A stretch of DNA of 63,093 nt, the filler included, from Octopus bimaculoides (Eukaryota), in NCBI RefSeq assembly GCF_001194135.2. It is 8 parts of 7 records of this genome, joined end to end, with 100 filler letters (N's around TTAATTAATTAA, not from the genome) between each part and the next. Parts side by side here need not be neighbours in the genome. Positions count along the whole stretch, not along the records: positions 15,734 to 27,200 come from NC_068998.1; positions 27,301 to 49,005 come from NC_068982.1; 6 more parts are not named here. One strand, 5' to 3'. Shown in pieces: positions 25,879 through 41,311 of this stretch. Within the stretch, counting starts at the first letter, position 1. Each line of letters begins with the position of its first letter. Position numbers and translations under genes: made by a program. Below the pieces are notes generated by a model. It was not told the DNA's origin. It saw only the letters and a list, made by a program, of their open reading frames with translations, and did no database searches.

Positions 25879-26324
25879 AGCATACTTTCATACATACACA
25901 CACACACAAACATACATACACACACACTGATATGATATGATGTGTTATTAACTTTGAAATGTCGAAGAACCTGCTAAAATCATGCACATCGCTCATTCTT
26001 TCTAAGGAGATTTGCTGCAATATTCAATGCCTGGAGACAAGACCAAAATTTCCGAACAAATTGTTAATTTCATGTCACATATTTTCTAAAACCCTGAAAT
26101 ATTGCAATACTTGCTGGAAGAATAATTCGAAGAATGGAAACTGAAGCAAAAAATATTGCTGAATCGTAAGTGAAAGAAATAAGAAAATTACTGTACAGCA
26201 TTCCTGTTATGAAATGCCAGAGTCGTATAATACTATTTATGATAGCGATGCTACTTAAGATATAGTAGCAAAGTGTTAAGTGCACATATATGTATGTATG
26301 CATATATATATGTGTGTGAGTGTG

Positions 26325-26424
<100 letters not shown>

Positions 26425-26643
26425 TGTATATGTATATATGTATGTATATATATGTATACATATCTGTATCTATCTATCTATCTATCTATCTGCAGATATT
26501 AATATATATATATACAATTGCGAGTCGCACAAATTTTTTGCCGTGTTACATATGCTTAAGAAAATGACTTTTCCTTTTTGTATAAATGAAAATGACATGG
26601 AAATATTTTGAATCATAAAATAAATAGCATAAAGTTACTGCTG

Positions 26644-26703
<60 letters not shown>

Positions 26704-26724
26704 ATAATAATGATAATAATGCTT

Positions 26725-26860
26725 TCAAATTTTGCCACAAGGGCAGCAATTTTGGGAAGGCGACGAGTCAATTACTTCGACTCCAGTGTTCAGCTGGTAC
26801 TTATATTATCGGCCTCGAAAGGAGGAAAGGCGAACTCGACATTGGTGGAAATTGACTTCA
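26725..26860 (-). mobile_element. SINE family A 3' part, tail type 3
   Basis: tttcaaattttgccacaagggcagcaattttggg..ggtacttatattatcggcctcgaaaggaggaaaggc. Confidence 0.75.
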
Positions 26861-26869
26861 GATCTCTCA

Positions 26870-27179
26870 AACGCTGTCATTACTTTCGAGTCAGTACTTC
26901 TTGATACACCAAACATTTCATCTGTTTTCGTTGCGCTAGTGCCTGCTATACGTGCACCAACAATTTGACCTCTTTGAAAGTGCCATAGGACTGTCATATT
27001 AATGAATTTTAATTACCTTTTTCTGATGATATCTGAAAAGAAACAGCAATTTTAGCAAAACATATTAAGCAACACTAATAATAAACATAAAAATATACAA
27101 GCTTTTGACGGTTTTATAAATATTTCAAAATTATGATGCTATGATGCTAGGTGTTTCCATTGTTTTGTCCAACCCTGTA
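26870..27179 (-). mobile_element. Tc1-family DNA transposon 5' end (TIR plus HTH N-terminus)
   Basis: FQRGQIVGARIAGTSATKTDEMFGVSRSTDSKVMTAFE is a Tc1 paired-like HTH. Terminus TA-CAGGGTTGGACAAAACAATGGAAACACC at 27179-27150. Confidence 0.85.
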
Positions 27180-27300
27180 CATTTATATACACATATATAT
27201 NNNNNNNNNNNNNNNNNNNNNNNNNNNNNNNNNNNNNNNNNNNNTTAATTAATTAANNNNNNNNNNNNNNNNNNNNNNNNNNNNNNNNNNNNNNNNNNNN

Positions 27301-27575
27301 TAAAGCCCCACGAGGCTCCGGCAGGGGATGGTGGCGAACCCTGCTGTACTCTTCCACCACAACTTTCTCTCACTCTTACTTCCTGTTTCTGCTGTGCCTG
27401 TAATTCAAAGGGTCAGCCTTGTCACACTGTGTCATGCTGAATATCCCCGAGAACTACGTTAAGGGTACACGTGTCTTTGGAGTGCTCAGCCACTTGCACG
27501 TTAATTTCACGAGCAGGCTGTTGATCAGATCAACTGGAACCCTCGACGTCGTAAGCGACGGAGTGCCAACAACAA
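27301..27575 (+). mobile_element. SINE family B, head lost in gap
   Basis: High identity to 56585-56810; ends gacggagtgccaacaacaac. Confidence 0.9.
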
Positions 27576-27876
27576 CAAACAACGACTTGTAGAAGCACAA
27601 TCATTGATTCGTAATGGCACGGCATTTCTCCGACTTCGTTAAGTTCTGAGTTCAAATCCCGTCGAAGTCAAATTTGCCCCTCATCCATTCCGACTCGCTG
27701 AAATAAAGTAGGATAGAGGTACTACGGCTCATGTCATCGATTAATCTTCATCACGCTAGAAATTGCTGGCTTGTCCCAAAATTTGTAAAGTGCCTTGCTC
27801 AAGAACACAACACACAGCCCGGGATGGGAATCGAACTCACTGCCTCATGAATGAGCCATGCACACAAACACCCCCC

Positions 27877-27923
<47 letters not shown>

Positions 27924-28069
27924 CGGAAACCGTATGAAGGTAAAACTTGTGATGGTATGCCATTTGAGACATTTGAAAATTATCCTAAGAATATTTGACC
28001 GCGTTTTCTTATGTTCTTTTACGTTGAAATATATTCGAGCGATACCTTGAACACTCTATTGTCTCCAAA

Positions 28070-28114
<45 letters not shown>

Positions 28115-28171
28115 CAGCAGCAGCAGCGGCGGCGGGGGCAGCAGCAGGAGCAGAAGCAGCATCAGCAGCAA

Positions 28172-28210
<39 letters not shown>

Positions 28211-29139
28211 TAGTAGTAGTAGCTGTGTAGATGGTGGTGCTGACGTCGGTGGTGTTATTAATTAGCGTTGATTAATCACTAAATGTGATCTTGACGTTAT
28301 AAATCGTGCCATTTTCAGTCATAATCTACCTCGGAATAATTTTCAGATGTTTTATATTCAAGCGTATGGTATATATTTTGAACGAAATTTGACTGTTAGT
28401 TATAACAGGTCAATCAAAAATGTAGACATTTATCTCATATAATTTCAGCATGTGTGTTAAAAAGGATTTTTCTTCTTTAATGATTATTCAGAATGGATAT
28501 GGCGTAATAATTTATGTCTTCGGAGTTTCACGAATGTGGTGAGCAGAACGAAGGAAGTTATCCCTAAACGAGAGACCCAACCCAATCCTTGCATCGGAAT
28601 GAAGTCAAAAAAGCCACAAAGACTTATTTATGATGTTAAACTCGACGACGGACTCGGTTTGCCACACGATTTTTGGATCCTATTGAGTTGCAGATAAAAT
28701 GCTTGCGTTTGTAGCACTTAGTTACGTTCTTTTTTTAAATTTTTTTTTAGGTTTTCTTTTTATTATCTCACAGAGTTATCAATAAAATAGTGACCAAAAG
28801 CAATGTACAGGGGACGGCTTCAACGACTAAACACTACTTCTGAAACATATATCTTGTCTGGAGAGTAATTTAGTAAACGTCTATATTATTTTACGTCAGG
28901 TAAAGGGCAGTGAATGACAGGGTTGGCAGAAAGGTTACAATACCAGCAAGATGTTTTGCCCTATTTAGTCACCACACTCTATATTATGAGTTCAAATATC
29001 ACCGAGATCACCTTGACCTCACATCATTTCAACAGTCGATAAAATATATACTAGTCATGTAATGGAGTCATCTATAGTCTGTACACTAAAATCCTTGTGC
29101 ATATTCTTTCATTCGTTACTGATGTGAAACACTTATCCA

Positions 29140-29530
29140 ATGAAATCGACCCGAAAACATATTATAAGTCTGGTAAATACAATACAAGTCTATTTTTGTC
29201 ATGCCGCTAAGTTTCAGGTAGGTAAACAAACCAAAATTCGGTAAACAAGCCAAAAACCAAACACAAAGAGACAGCCCCCCCCCACACACACACACACATA
29301 CACAAACAAACAAACAAACACACATACGCATATGCACAAACAAACACATACAAATTCACACATACACATGTAAATATGACGTGCTTTTGTAGTACCCGCT
29401 TTCCAATTCGTTCTCTGGGCACTAGTTGACCCTAAGCTGCGGTAGAAGACATTTCCCTAATGTGCTACGGACAGTGAGACCGAACCCGAAACAATATACT
29501 TGGAAATCCATCTTCTTAACGCCACAGACA
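29140..29530 (-). mobile_element. SINE family C, degenerate
   Basis: aaatcgaccc..gccgctaagtt..(CA)n..ggtagaagacatttccctaa..gagaccgaacccgaaac. Confidence 0.55.
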
Positions 29531-30342
29531 TACATACATGTTTCTATGTTTAAAAACCATAATTTTGCTCCAAACAAAAAGCTGTCAATTTTAATATATC
29601 GCTTTAAAAGATGAGACATAACGTAGCAAAAAAAAAAAGAAAAAGAAGGTAGATTTTAAATCATTCACATATGAAAACGATTTAAAATTTGTTAATGCAT
29701 ATGTCAAAATAGTGAAAGATCCAACTAATTTTAAGTCCATCAATATCATCATTGTCATCAATTATAATTCCACTAACATCTATGATGATATATGAGAATA
29801 CGAGATCTACTATAGGACTTCAATAGTATTTCATTCAATAGACCACTGAAGGATGAAAGGCAATGTTGACCTTGGCAGGATTTTGAATCATTACATTAAA
29901 GAGTAATAACTAGATACTGTAATGAATTTGCCCGACATCCTACAGATTATCCATTCATGTTTACAACCATAAAATAGTATTTGGTTTAGTTGTTGATTTT
30001 TTTTTCCACATTTTATGAACAGTTGTAATCAATAAAGAAATGTATAGAATCAAAGGGAAAGTATATTAGACGACTTTTATGGATATGTGGCTTTTAAAAT
30101 TAACAATATGTTAGGAAAAGTATGTTTCGTCATTGCAGTTACACAAACACGCACACACATACTCTGTGTGTGTGTGGCTCTTTCTAACACACACAAACAC
30201 ATACACAGACACACTCACATATATAAATGCATTTATATGTAAGTTGAATATACATGATACATATGTCTGCTTTAAATGAGTATACACATATGCACAAACG
30301 GACATGCATATATGTATGTGTGTGTGTGTGTGTGTGTGTGTC

Positions 30343-30498
<156 letters not shown>

Positions 30499-30589
30499 TA
30501 TAGATATATATATACATATAGACACATGCATGTTCACATATGCATACATATACATACTGATATGCATGTATGTGCTTTTAAACTGGAAA

Positions 30590-30823
30590 ATTCATCATCA
30601 TCATGATGATGATGATGATAGAGGAGGAAGGGGTGTGGAGGAGGAGGAGGAGGAGGGGGGACGGCGGCGGCGAAGACGACCACGACCACGACGACCACGA
30701 CGACGCCAACGTTGAGGACGGTAATTAATTTCAACATAATTACATTCAAAGCCATACTCGGATGCATGACCACCATGCACTGATGACGATAATGACGACG
30801 ACGATTACCACCATCACCAACAC

Positions 30824-30864
<41 letters not shown>

Positions 30865-30888
30865 CAATCATCATCATCATCATCATCC

Positions 30889-30943
<55 letters not shown>

Positions 30944-30961
30944 TATCATCATCACCAACAC

Positions 30962-30996
<35 letters not shown>

Positions 30997-31030
30997 CCAA
31001 CACCATCATCATCATCATCATCACCAACAC

Positions 31031-31083
<53 letters not shown>

Positions 31084-31100
31084 CCATCATCATAATTAGT
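30590..31100. repeat. (CAT)n/(GAG)n/(CGA)n trinucleotide array with recurring caccaacac interruptions
   Basis: Direct reading. It produces spurious poly-D, poly-M and poly-I ORFs. Confidence 0.9.
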
Positions 31101-31702
31101 GTCATCGTTTTTCTTCCGTAATATTATCATTAGCCTCATCAACATCATTAGCACTATTGTTCGATATTATTAGTGCTTGTGTGTTGAGGAAGGGGAGGGA
31201 TTAAAGGAAAGGTGAGAGAGAGTATGAAGGCGGGAGGGGTGTTGCACGTGTCTGCTTGTACGACTGATTTAAATAGATGTGGAAATTCAGGAATTATAAA
31301 AGTCAGTGATATTTCAATCAGAAATGATGTCAAAGAGATACCAATTCCATATCGTAATTTCACAATGAATGTATCCATGTGTAAAATCAGTAACATGATG
31401 GACAAGTGTGTATGTGTGTGTGTATGTGTGTATGTGTGTTTGTGTGTGTGTGTGTGTGTGTGTATGTGTGTGTGTGAATACATATATATTACGTAACTTA
31501 ACTAGTCAACAACATTGCACCGTTTATCTACGTAATACACGTACGAAAAGCATGTATGCATAAGTGTATATAAATACATATGTATATATGTATGTCTCTA
31601 TGTATGTATGTATATATATATATACATTTATATATATTGCGCATGTACATATATATAAACATATATGTATATATATATATGTATATATATATATACATAT
31701 AT

Positions 31703-31807
31703 AGCTCGAAACGTCAAAGACTTTCCGTATTCCCGAGCGTCATACTAATATATCCTTTTGTTATTTACACCACCTGTCCTCGTCTGTTGTTATTATTTGT
31801 ATATTCT

Positions 31808-31810
<3 letters not shown>
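31703..31810 (+). mobile_element. PLE-type terminal fragment with the 3' half of a hammerhead (gctc-GAAAC-GTC)
   Basis: agctcgaaacgtcaaagactttcc... embedded in (TA)n; the CUGANGA half is absent. Confidence 0.45.
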
Positions 31811-31844
<34 letters not shown>

Positions 31845-31968
31845 GCGTAAGTGTGTGTGTGTGTGTAAGTGTGTGTGTGTGTGTAAACGTATACATGTGT
31901 ACAAGCATTACCAAAATGTTTGGAATAAAATGACCTACCTCTTTATATGTATATATTCTGTGTGCATG

Positions 31969-32009
<41 letters not shown>

Positions 32010-32132
32010 ATATGCATTTATATATATATATACATATGCATATACATATATATATTATATATATATGTATGTCATTTATATATATATCATATATGTATAT
32101 ATATATATGTATGTATGTATGTATGTATACAC

Positions 32133-32234
<102 letters not shown>

Positions 32235-33086
32235 ATATATAGATGGATGGATGGATGGATGTCTATATGTATCTATGCATATAAATATAAATACCTATAC
32301 ATATATTTATTGATAAGTGTATGTATATAAATATATACGTTCACATATCAATAAACATATATACATATATACCTACACATATACATTTATGTGCATATAC
32401 TTTCACGTGTAAAATTAAAAACATATACATACGTTTCACAGAAACTAACATGAGGAAATATGTAACATAATGCATATATATTCATACATACCAGTAGTTG
32501 AGAATTCAAATCCAGCTACTCAAGAGACAATCAGTACGGGCACTCAACTGGTCAGTAATGCACAAGGCGTCTATGCCAGTCCATACATATTTCCCATGTG
32601 GATATATAATAATGCTGAAGGGCGGAAACCTAATGCATTTGTGTTTGTGGAGAGAAGTGTGCATTTTTGCCTATATCATTATATGTGCACGCGTGTGTGT
32701 ATACGCATGTGTTTGCATGTTTGCATGAGTGTGAAAATGTGTGTACCTGTTTTAGTATAAGCAGATTTTTTGTAAAGCCGTCATGTGTACTTTCAGTTCG
32801 ATATAATTTTTTGAAATTCCTATTATTCGTATGGAACGGTTAATCTGATTTTTAGATAATCATCTATTTATACATATTAAATATTTAATACAAACACATA
32901 CATGTTGTATAACGTCTTAACGCTTTCTCTCTCTTTTTTATTCGATTTTTTTTTTTGGGGGGGATAAATTTCTGTTTTTCTACCTCCACCCCTTTCGCAA
33001 ACACTGTATTATTTATTATATATATACTTCGTTATGTGTACGACCGGCCCGCGGTGATAATAATAAAGAATTTATTATTATTATTA

Positions 33087-33125
<39 letters not shown>

Positions 33126-33635
33126 GCTGTTGTTACTGCTGGTGTTGTAATTGTTGCTATTAACATTACTGTTGTAGTAGTAGTAGTTCTGGTTAGTTTG
33201 TTGTGGATGCTGTTGCAGTGCAGAGAATGGTTCAGCACTTAGTGCCGTGGACTGTGTCGATGTAAACGTAGAAATGATTCTTCCTAGTGTCGTGGACTGG
33301 TCGTGCCCGATAGCCTTTTTCTTTTTTTATCACAGAGCTGTCCTGCTGTCCTGCTGTTTCTGCTGTCCTTACAGCAATTTCATCACATCTTATTATTTAT
33401 TCCACCGTCATATCTTATTTATTTATTTTATTTATTTATTTATATATACATATATATTATTTTTTTCTTTTTGTCTTTTTACATAATGTGAAACGAAAAC
33501 CTACACAATCTCTTCCTCATTCCCTTTCCATTCTTTGTAATAACACATCTCCATGGATTTATCTCCTTTTCTCTTTTCGTTTTCCTTCTATGTTTTTTTT
33601 AAATTTTCACCCTTTCTCTTCTCTATATAATTCTA

Positions 33636-33676
<41 letters not shown>

Positions 33677-34132
33677 CCCTCAACCTCTTTCCTACAATAT
33701 TTCTTCAGTCCGTTCTTCTCTCTCAACAATTTTAACTCTTTCTCTCTTGCCTACATCACACGTTCTTTCCCCATACCTCAGCTATTTTTATATGATTACT
33801 TTATTTTTCTCCATTGCATTTGCTTTCCTTTTTCTCACCGTCCATCACCCAATCACTTACCCTCTTCTCCTAATAGTACTTATCCCGTGATTACCTTATT
33901 CCACTTTTGCTCTCGTTCTACCCTCTTCTTGTCTTCTTCATCTATCTGCAATTTTCTTCTTACTTCTTGCCCTTTGCTTCTCTTTCCTACCATTAATATC
34001 ATTTTACTCCAACACACTTAAAGCATACAACCACACACAACATACATAACATACACAACACATGCATACATAAATTCGTTCATATATGCACACGTACGTG
34101 AAAATAGACCCATGAATATAATATGTAAGAGC

Positions 34133-34166
<34 letters not shown>

Positions 34167-34520
34167 NNNNNNNNNNNNNNNNNNNNNNNNNNNNNNNNNN
34201 NNNNNNNNNNNNNNNNNNNNNNNNNNNNNNNNNNNNNNNNNNNNNNNNNNNNNNNNNNNNNNNNNNNNNNNNNNNNNNNNNNNNNNNNNNNNNNNNNNNN
34301 NNNNNNNNNNNNNNNNNNNNNNNNNNNNNNNNNNNNNNNNNNNNNNNNNNNNNNNNNNNNNNNNNNNNNNNNNNNNNNNNNNNNNNNNNNNNNNNNNNNN
34401 NNNNNNNNNNNNNNNNNNNNNNNNNNNNNNNNNNNNNNNNNNNNNNNNNNNNNNNNNNNNNNNNNNNNNNNNNNNNNNNNNNNNNNNNNNNNNNNNNNNN
34501 NNNNNNNNNNNNNNNNNNNN

Positions 34521-34630
34521 NAAGAAGAAGAAGAAGAAGAAGAAGAAGAAGAAGAAGAAGAAGAAGAAGAAGAAGAAGAAGAAGAAGAAGAAGAAGAAGA
34601 AGAAGAAGAAGAAGAAGAAGAAGAAGAAGA
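34521..34630 (+). repeat. (AAG)n microsatellite
   Basis: Direct reading. Confidence 0.95.
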
Positions 34631-34807
34631 AACTCCCTTGTTAACACCAATATCTCAACGACTTTCACCCCTATTAAACTTCCCAAATTTACATGAAGTT
34701 CCGAAACTTACAGTAGCAACAACAACGTCAGCAACAACTAACACTCAAAATGCAACGACAGCAACAACAACGTTTACAATGGCCTCATTGAAGACGACAA
34801 CGACGCC

Positions 34808-34856
<49 letters not shown>

Positions 34857-35043
34857 CCGTCGATATAGAAAAAACAACAAAAGCAAGGTCTATAACACCC
34901 TTTGTGCTTACTAAAAGAATTCTCATTAGTGAACCTACCAAAATGATTTCTGCTACTGGAGAGCAATTCTAAAACCAGTAATATCAAGCTGTTCACTATC
35001 ACCACGTAACAACAACAACAACAGCATCAGTATATCAGCAATT

Positions 35044-35108
<65 letters not shown>

Positions 35109-35300
35109 CTCTCTCTTCCCTCAATTAATGCACATCTACTATTCTTAAAGATAGAATCAAATCAAATACGTTATGTATGAGAGCCAATATAATATATACA
35201 TACGTGAAATGCGATACACACAGAACTTATGCTCATTCATAGATATAAGGTATACATATACATGTATCCGCACACACATATATATATATGCATGTGTGAG

Positions 35301-35363
<63 letters not shown>

Positions 35364-36801
35364 ATAAATAAGTATGCATGCATATATAGAAGCACATGTA
35401 TGCATATGAATATCAATGCACACTTATATGCGCACGCACACAGATACACATGCAGATGCACACCACGGATATGAGCTTATATAAGCACACTAAGATATTT
35501 CCATATGCCTTTCTCTCTCTTTGTCTGACTGCTTCTCTCTCTTTCTCTCTCTCTCTCACTCACTCACAGACATACATTCTCTATCCCCCACTCTCGCTCT
35601 CATTGTTTCTGTCTCTTATGTCTTATCCTCATTCTCAAACTCTTGCTCCATTTTTGACTCCACTCTCCTTGATTTAGCCTTTCTGCTTCTTCTCAATTTT
35701 TCTGCTCTCTTATACATCTACATCGCCTTCCGCTCCCCTCGCCCTTCACCCCTCACCTACACCTGTAATGATATGGTACTTAAACAGACACACGCATGCA
35801 GTAAGTGATAGACATAAGGCGTAGCCATCTTTCATTAGCGAGGCATTCATAACAGCAGACAATACCGATAGTTTTTCGGTCCTGTAACCCACTATCAACG
35901 TGAAAATTACCAATCTCCTCTTTCCACAGTGAGACGTCCACCATTTTCTTTTCCTCTGTATCCGTTTTTCTTTCTCTTACTACGTCAAGATACAGTAACG
36001 TCCCATTAAATATCTTTCCAACCTTGTAAATGATTCTTTTTTTTTCTTTTTCTATGCTTCCCATGCTTTTATTATTATTTTTTTGTCTCCTCTTTTCTGT
36101 ATCCATAACTACCAGAGTCAAGCTTAACCAATCAGATGCCTATCCAATTTTCTAAGTAACCCTGACAATATAGTTCTACGGAGATATTTGTATAAATTTT
36201 GCACTGATATGTATACATCATTCATATTATACGTAGTTTCAGTTATAGAATACTCTACAAGGTAGCAAATATACATATTTTCCCCCTTTTTTATCTTGCT
36301 TTATCAATACGTATATGTATGTATGTCTACATATATACTTATATGTATATATGTTTCCTTGTCTTATTAAATTAAATTATTTCTGCATATACACAAATAT
36401 TTCAGCATATGTACATATTTACATACATTTTATATACATACATATATGTGTATGTGAGTTGGTGTGTATGCATGCATTGCTTTATGTCAACGGAATGCTT
36501 TGTGTTTGTATTTGGATCCGTAATATCCTCCTACAGTGTTACTGAGATTAATTGTACTAACAGATCAGTCGCTCGAGAACTGGAGTGGGAGTAGCAGAAA
36601 ATGACCAGAAAATGACGAAGGGAAAGTATTTTCTGCTTTCTCCTGGGTATAGTAGATGACATTAAAGATACTTCAAATTTAAAAGCTAAGAAAAATATCT
36701 ACAGCAAATAACAATATTAAATAATTGTTTTCCATGTTTGGAGTAGTTACATCTGTAACCACGTTGGTGCAATGGCTGCATGGCTAACAAAAGTCTGTGT
36801 A

Positions 36802-36911
<110 letters not shown>

Positions 36912-39900
36912 TGTGTTGACAAAATAAACCGGGGATTTTCCTTGGCATTATCAGCGTTTTTCGTCAGTTCTGGAAAGGTCGATGTTTTCCCAAGAGTAAA
37001 GAAACTGTTGTGACTTCTGGTCGTCAGACGATAATGAGAAAATCTCCATCTGCATACTTTATGCAAAATATAGTACGTACGTGCGTACAAACATACATGC
37101 AAAAATATACATTCATACACCAATACACACCTTCCAGCGTAAATATTTGCATACACCTACACACATACACATTTATTAAAATATCATCAATATATTTGAA
37201 AGGAACCGTAAAGAGGAATTTGAGAGAAGGCAACTTCGACTAAATTAAAGAGGGAGGCAATTCAAAGACTTAGACTCAGTTATGCTCCTGTTCTGTTTTC
37301 CTCATCGTTAGTGTTCTTGTACGAATCTAATGCAGATAAATTCATTGGAATCAATATTCTTAATAGTGAAAATAATTACGTTATATCAATAAAAAGAAAA
37401 TATTTACGAAATTTAACTAAAATTATTTCCTGTAGGCATTACTGCTGACAGACAATTAGGAAAGAAACCTTATAAATATGGGCCAAATGGGATTGGAAAT
37501 TATGAAATTAGTATGAATTAACTCGGGTGAGTGATATCAAACATTATAAGCCCTAAAAAATGAGGTTCTTAGTATCTCACTTTCTTTTTTTTTTTTTTTA
37601 CATGCAGCATATTAGCGATTATACTTTGTGCAGAATATTAAGAAAATTAAACGTTTAAAGTTTAAAGTTTGTAATTTAGAAACAATTCATAGAAAATTAT
37701 TGCTAGATCTTGTAGTAGAATAGCTGTGATTGTTGTTGCCTCGCTGTAGATCAATTAGGGAAATAAAAGACTAGCTTATCTTATTAAATATTTACTAATT
37801 TAAAAGTTAGGCGTTTTTGAATAGACTTTGACTGCTATAACTAACAGATAGTACAACCGCAGAGATATATGTGTGTGTGTGTATGTGTGTATGTATTTAT
37901 GTATATACAGATATATATCTGTCAGTTTCAACCATATATGTTAGAGTGCTTCAGTCAAGGGAAATACATGCTCATTGAATTATAGCATATTTGTTTCCGT
38001 CTACCCAATATCACTCGCACAATCTCTATGAGGCCCTCGTAAAAGCAATTTGTTCACGAGGCATCGAGCTCGAGAGCCCAATAATAATGATTTCAATGAC
38101 ACTAATAGTGATGTCTAACCTTGCCATATGGCCACACCCTTTGGGAAAAGTGATATATTCAGCAATATCCAACTACGAGTCCCACCGTAGTCGGCGAGTT
38201 GGTGGAGTTGTTACAGCATCGTAGAGAATACCTTGCGATAATCATCCGGCTTTCTTCGCTCTGAGTCTAAATCCTACTGATGTGTACTTTGTCATCCTTT
38301 CCGAGTAGATAAATCGAGCGGCAGTCCAAAATTGTGGTTTAACGGAATTCTAGGATCGTTGAAAGAAATAACTTCCGGTATCTTCGACGTATTTTCGTAT
38401 TTCGAACTCAAATTCTGTCTAAGCGAACTGGCTATGTTTAATCACACGACAAAGGAAGCGCTCTACCCTAACAACAATTGGGCAGATGGAGAGCAACGCA
38501 ATTAGTCCAACAAAGACATGCTGAGGTTTCATGTAGCAATGGGTTGGATCGAAGACGGCTGAATAGGAAAATAATACTTGACTGACACTTATTTTATTGC
38601 TTCAAGCATGATGATGGACAAACTCAGATACGATAAAATATGAACTAAGTGCATAATATAGGCGTGCTTAAATAACACAAGGCACTTTGTCCTATACCTC
38701 CCAACAAGCAAACTTAGAAGTAATAACATTTCGGCAATGTTTCGAATTTAATTGCAAACAAATTAGTAAAAAGTTTTTATAAAGCCAATATGGGAACCAT
38801 TTCGTGGTTATTCAACCTATTAGAAACAGCAGACACTTTCAACTTACATTATATCGTCTTAGAAAAAAAAAACAGAGTGAATAATTTTCTCTTCGATGTA
38901 ACCTGAGTAGGGGAAAAAAAAAAACAAGATGCACATGGTTGGAATGACTTCTCTCTGTGGCATATCGATCAAGGGCTGAGAGGAACGTGTCAGAAGTAAT
39001 TAAAAAGTTATTTATTACGCAGAAGCTACAATAAATCAAATGAAACTGTTTTATTGGTCTCAGATTCAATAGCTACTTTGAATTTCGCAGTTCATGCCAA
39101 ATTATCAATTATATTTAATTAAAGGCTTTCGAAATATACGGAATGCGTTTGAAAATTTTGATGTAGTTACGCTGTAGTAATTCATGGAATTGTAATAATT
39201 TCATTAAATGAACAATAAAATATTATAAGACGTTATTCAGTTACAATTACAAATAGATTTTAAAATTTTGTTCCTATAGCGGAGAATGTGAATCAACAAC
39301 ATACAATATACAAGGCTGTTCAGATTGCTAGAAGGAACAGTCAAGTACCTGAGCAAGAAACTCATAATTGTAAGTTCAATACACTAGCAAATGCACGTGT
39401 GTGTGTGTGTGTTTTTCTGTGTGTGTGTGCGTGCGTGTATGTTTGTGTGCACGTGCGCGCCTGTATTTATGTGCGTGTGTGTGCATGTGCACGCGCGTGT
39501 GTGTTTGTTTGTTTGTTTGTGTGTCTGTGTGTGTGTGTTTATGCGTGCAGGTTTCAACATAGTTTCTGTTTCACAAATTTTCAATTAAATGATTTTAGTC
39601 GACACGCAATTACGAATAAAATAACACCTGTCCAATGTGTTTTGCAGTGGAATCAAACCTAGAAACGCAAAATTGAGTAATAGATTCGTTAATTATCAAA
39701 TTAACGTGACTGTCCATATTGAATGATGTTCTTTAAAACCTTGAGTCTTTTCTGCTTTTCATCTAAACGTATAACATGTTGTCTAATTTCTATTACAATC
39801 TCGTTATATCGCCGTCTCCTTTCCATAAACTTCAGTATTTTCTATCAACACCACAAAATCCATGAAACGGTATGAGTCATGTCAAATAAACTCACCCAGC

Positions 39901-40654
39901 AATAGAAAGTGACGGGGGTCAGTTTGAAGAAAGTAGAATGTAACTCTTGCACCCACATTATTTATCCTCTCTTCGCGTACAAACTGCGACACGATACAAA
40001 CTTACATGCCCTAGAGGCTGAGAATGACTTTTAAGTGATAATATTCATACGAAAAATATAACTGAATCTTTCCCTTAATAACTACTACTCTGCTCACTGG
40101 ATGTATTCCACAATCTAATCAATTGTGGATATTCTCTCAGGCGAGAGAATATTGGAGACCACGAAGTCGTCTAGTTAAGATGACAATTTTCTATCTTGTC
40201 CATTATTTACTATTCTTTTATATGAAGAATTGTATCATTGGAAAAGCAGGCTGAATGCATTCCGTTGAAATTGGTCAAGATATCCACGTCAAGTAGAATT
40301 CAACAATAGCATTCTACAAAATACATCAATCGTTCTCAAATGTTCGATGTCGTAAAGTATCTTTCAATGCTTTCAATTAAGAAGACTTTTCACATCGACA
40401 GAAAACCAATAAAATACTGACATTTCCCTTCGAAATTGTCGACTTCAAATTAGAGAACAAGTTCCACATACAAACACTATTAATCCTTATGGAAATATAA
40501 GTCTGTTTGCACGTGGAACAAGTGTACATTTATGAAAACTGACTCTAATCACTTTTTCTACGGATTCATAAGCACATTACTTATAATATTCATTATTAAG
40601 ATGGCAGATTGATAGAATCCTCAAAGCGTCGGAAAATGTATCTTGCAATATTTT

Positions 40655-40800
40655 CTTTAGTTCCTTACATTCCGCGGCCAAATTCCACCGAGGTCAAACT
40701 TTGCTTTTTATTCTTTTCGATAAATTTCAGTACCAGTCAAATACTGGAATTAATGTTATCGACTAAACCCTCCCCTCAAAATTGTTGGAATGGGCAAAAA
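40655..40800 (+). mobile_element. SINE family A, degenerate
   Basis: caaattccaccgaggtcaaactttgctttt..tcgataaatttcagtaccag. Confidence 0.7.
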
Positions 40801-41311
40801 TCAGAATCACTCATGATATCGATTTCAAGACGAAGTGGAAGCAGAAGCTTGTAGATTGAGCGATTACATCAACGTTCCCTCGCTGGCTGGTTTAAATGTG
40901 TTATAATGAGTAAACATGAAAACGATGTTCTTGAGGAAGGAATAGCTATTATTTTTTGGTGATGATCAGTTAGTAATGTGTGTATAAAAAGGTTTCTGGT
41001 TATGTTGGAGGCTGTATTCATGTTACATAGTAGATTAAGCCATGTGAAATCCGTCATTTGCTCTTCTATGATCTAGGTGGAATTCTTGTTGACTAACTCT
41101 TTGCTAGACACGTTTTAGAATAAGGCACCGTTTTATTTGTCTTTTTTTGACTGTTCAATCTGTCCCTGGTAAAAGACAAATAAGTGAATTGTTTTACAGC
41201 TGCATGTGCATATGTATGTGTGTGTTTGCACGCGAGTGTGCTTGTGTTTGTGTGTATATATATATATATTAGAAAAATAATAAGGTACTCAGATATCTGG
41301 ATGGCTGTACA

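Noticed and set aside
28011-28265. Poly-Ser/Gly ORF
   Set aside because: It is a compound (AGT)(AGC)(GGC) microsatellite with no flanking coding signal.
30534-31154. Poly-Asp, poly-Met and poly-Ile ORFs
   Set aside because: All are frames of one (CAT)n array, with no splice or homology support.
32493-32548. Possible exon VENSNPATQETISTGTQL (ag..gtcagt), faintly like the aldehyde dehydrogenase NPAT motif
   Set aside because: The match is too short, the acceptor lacks a polypyrimidine tract and no other exons were found.
33120-33400. S/T/Q/N-rich minus-strand frame and a strong plus-strand acceptor (ctttttttatcacag)
   Set aside because: The minus frame has an upstream stop and no acceptor. 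The plus side gives no recognisable protein or donor.
35780-36121. 113-aa minus-strand ORF
   Set aside because: It is driven by a pyrimidine-rich plus strand and has no domain signature.
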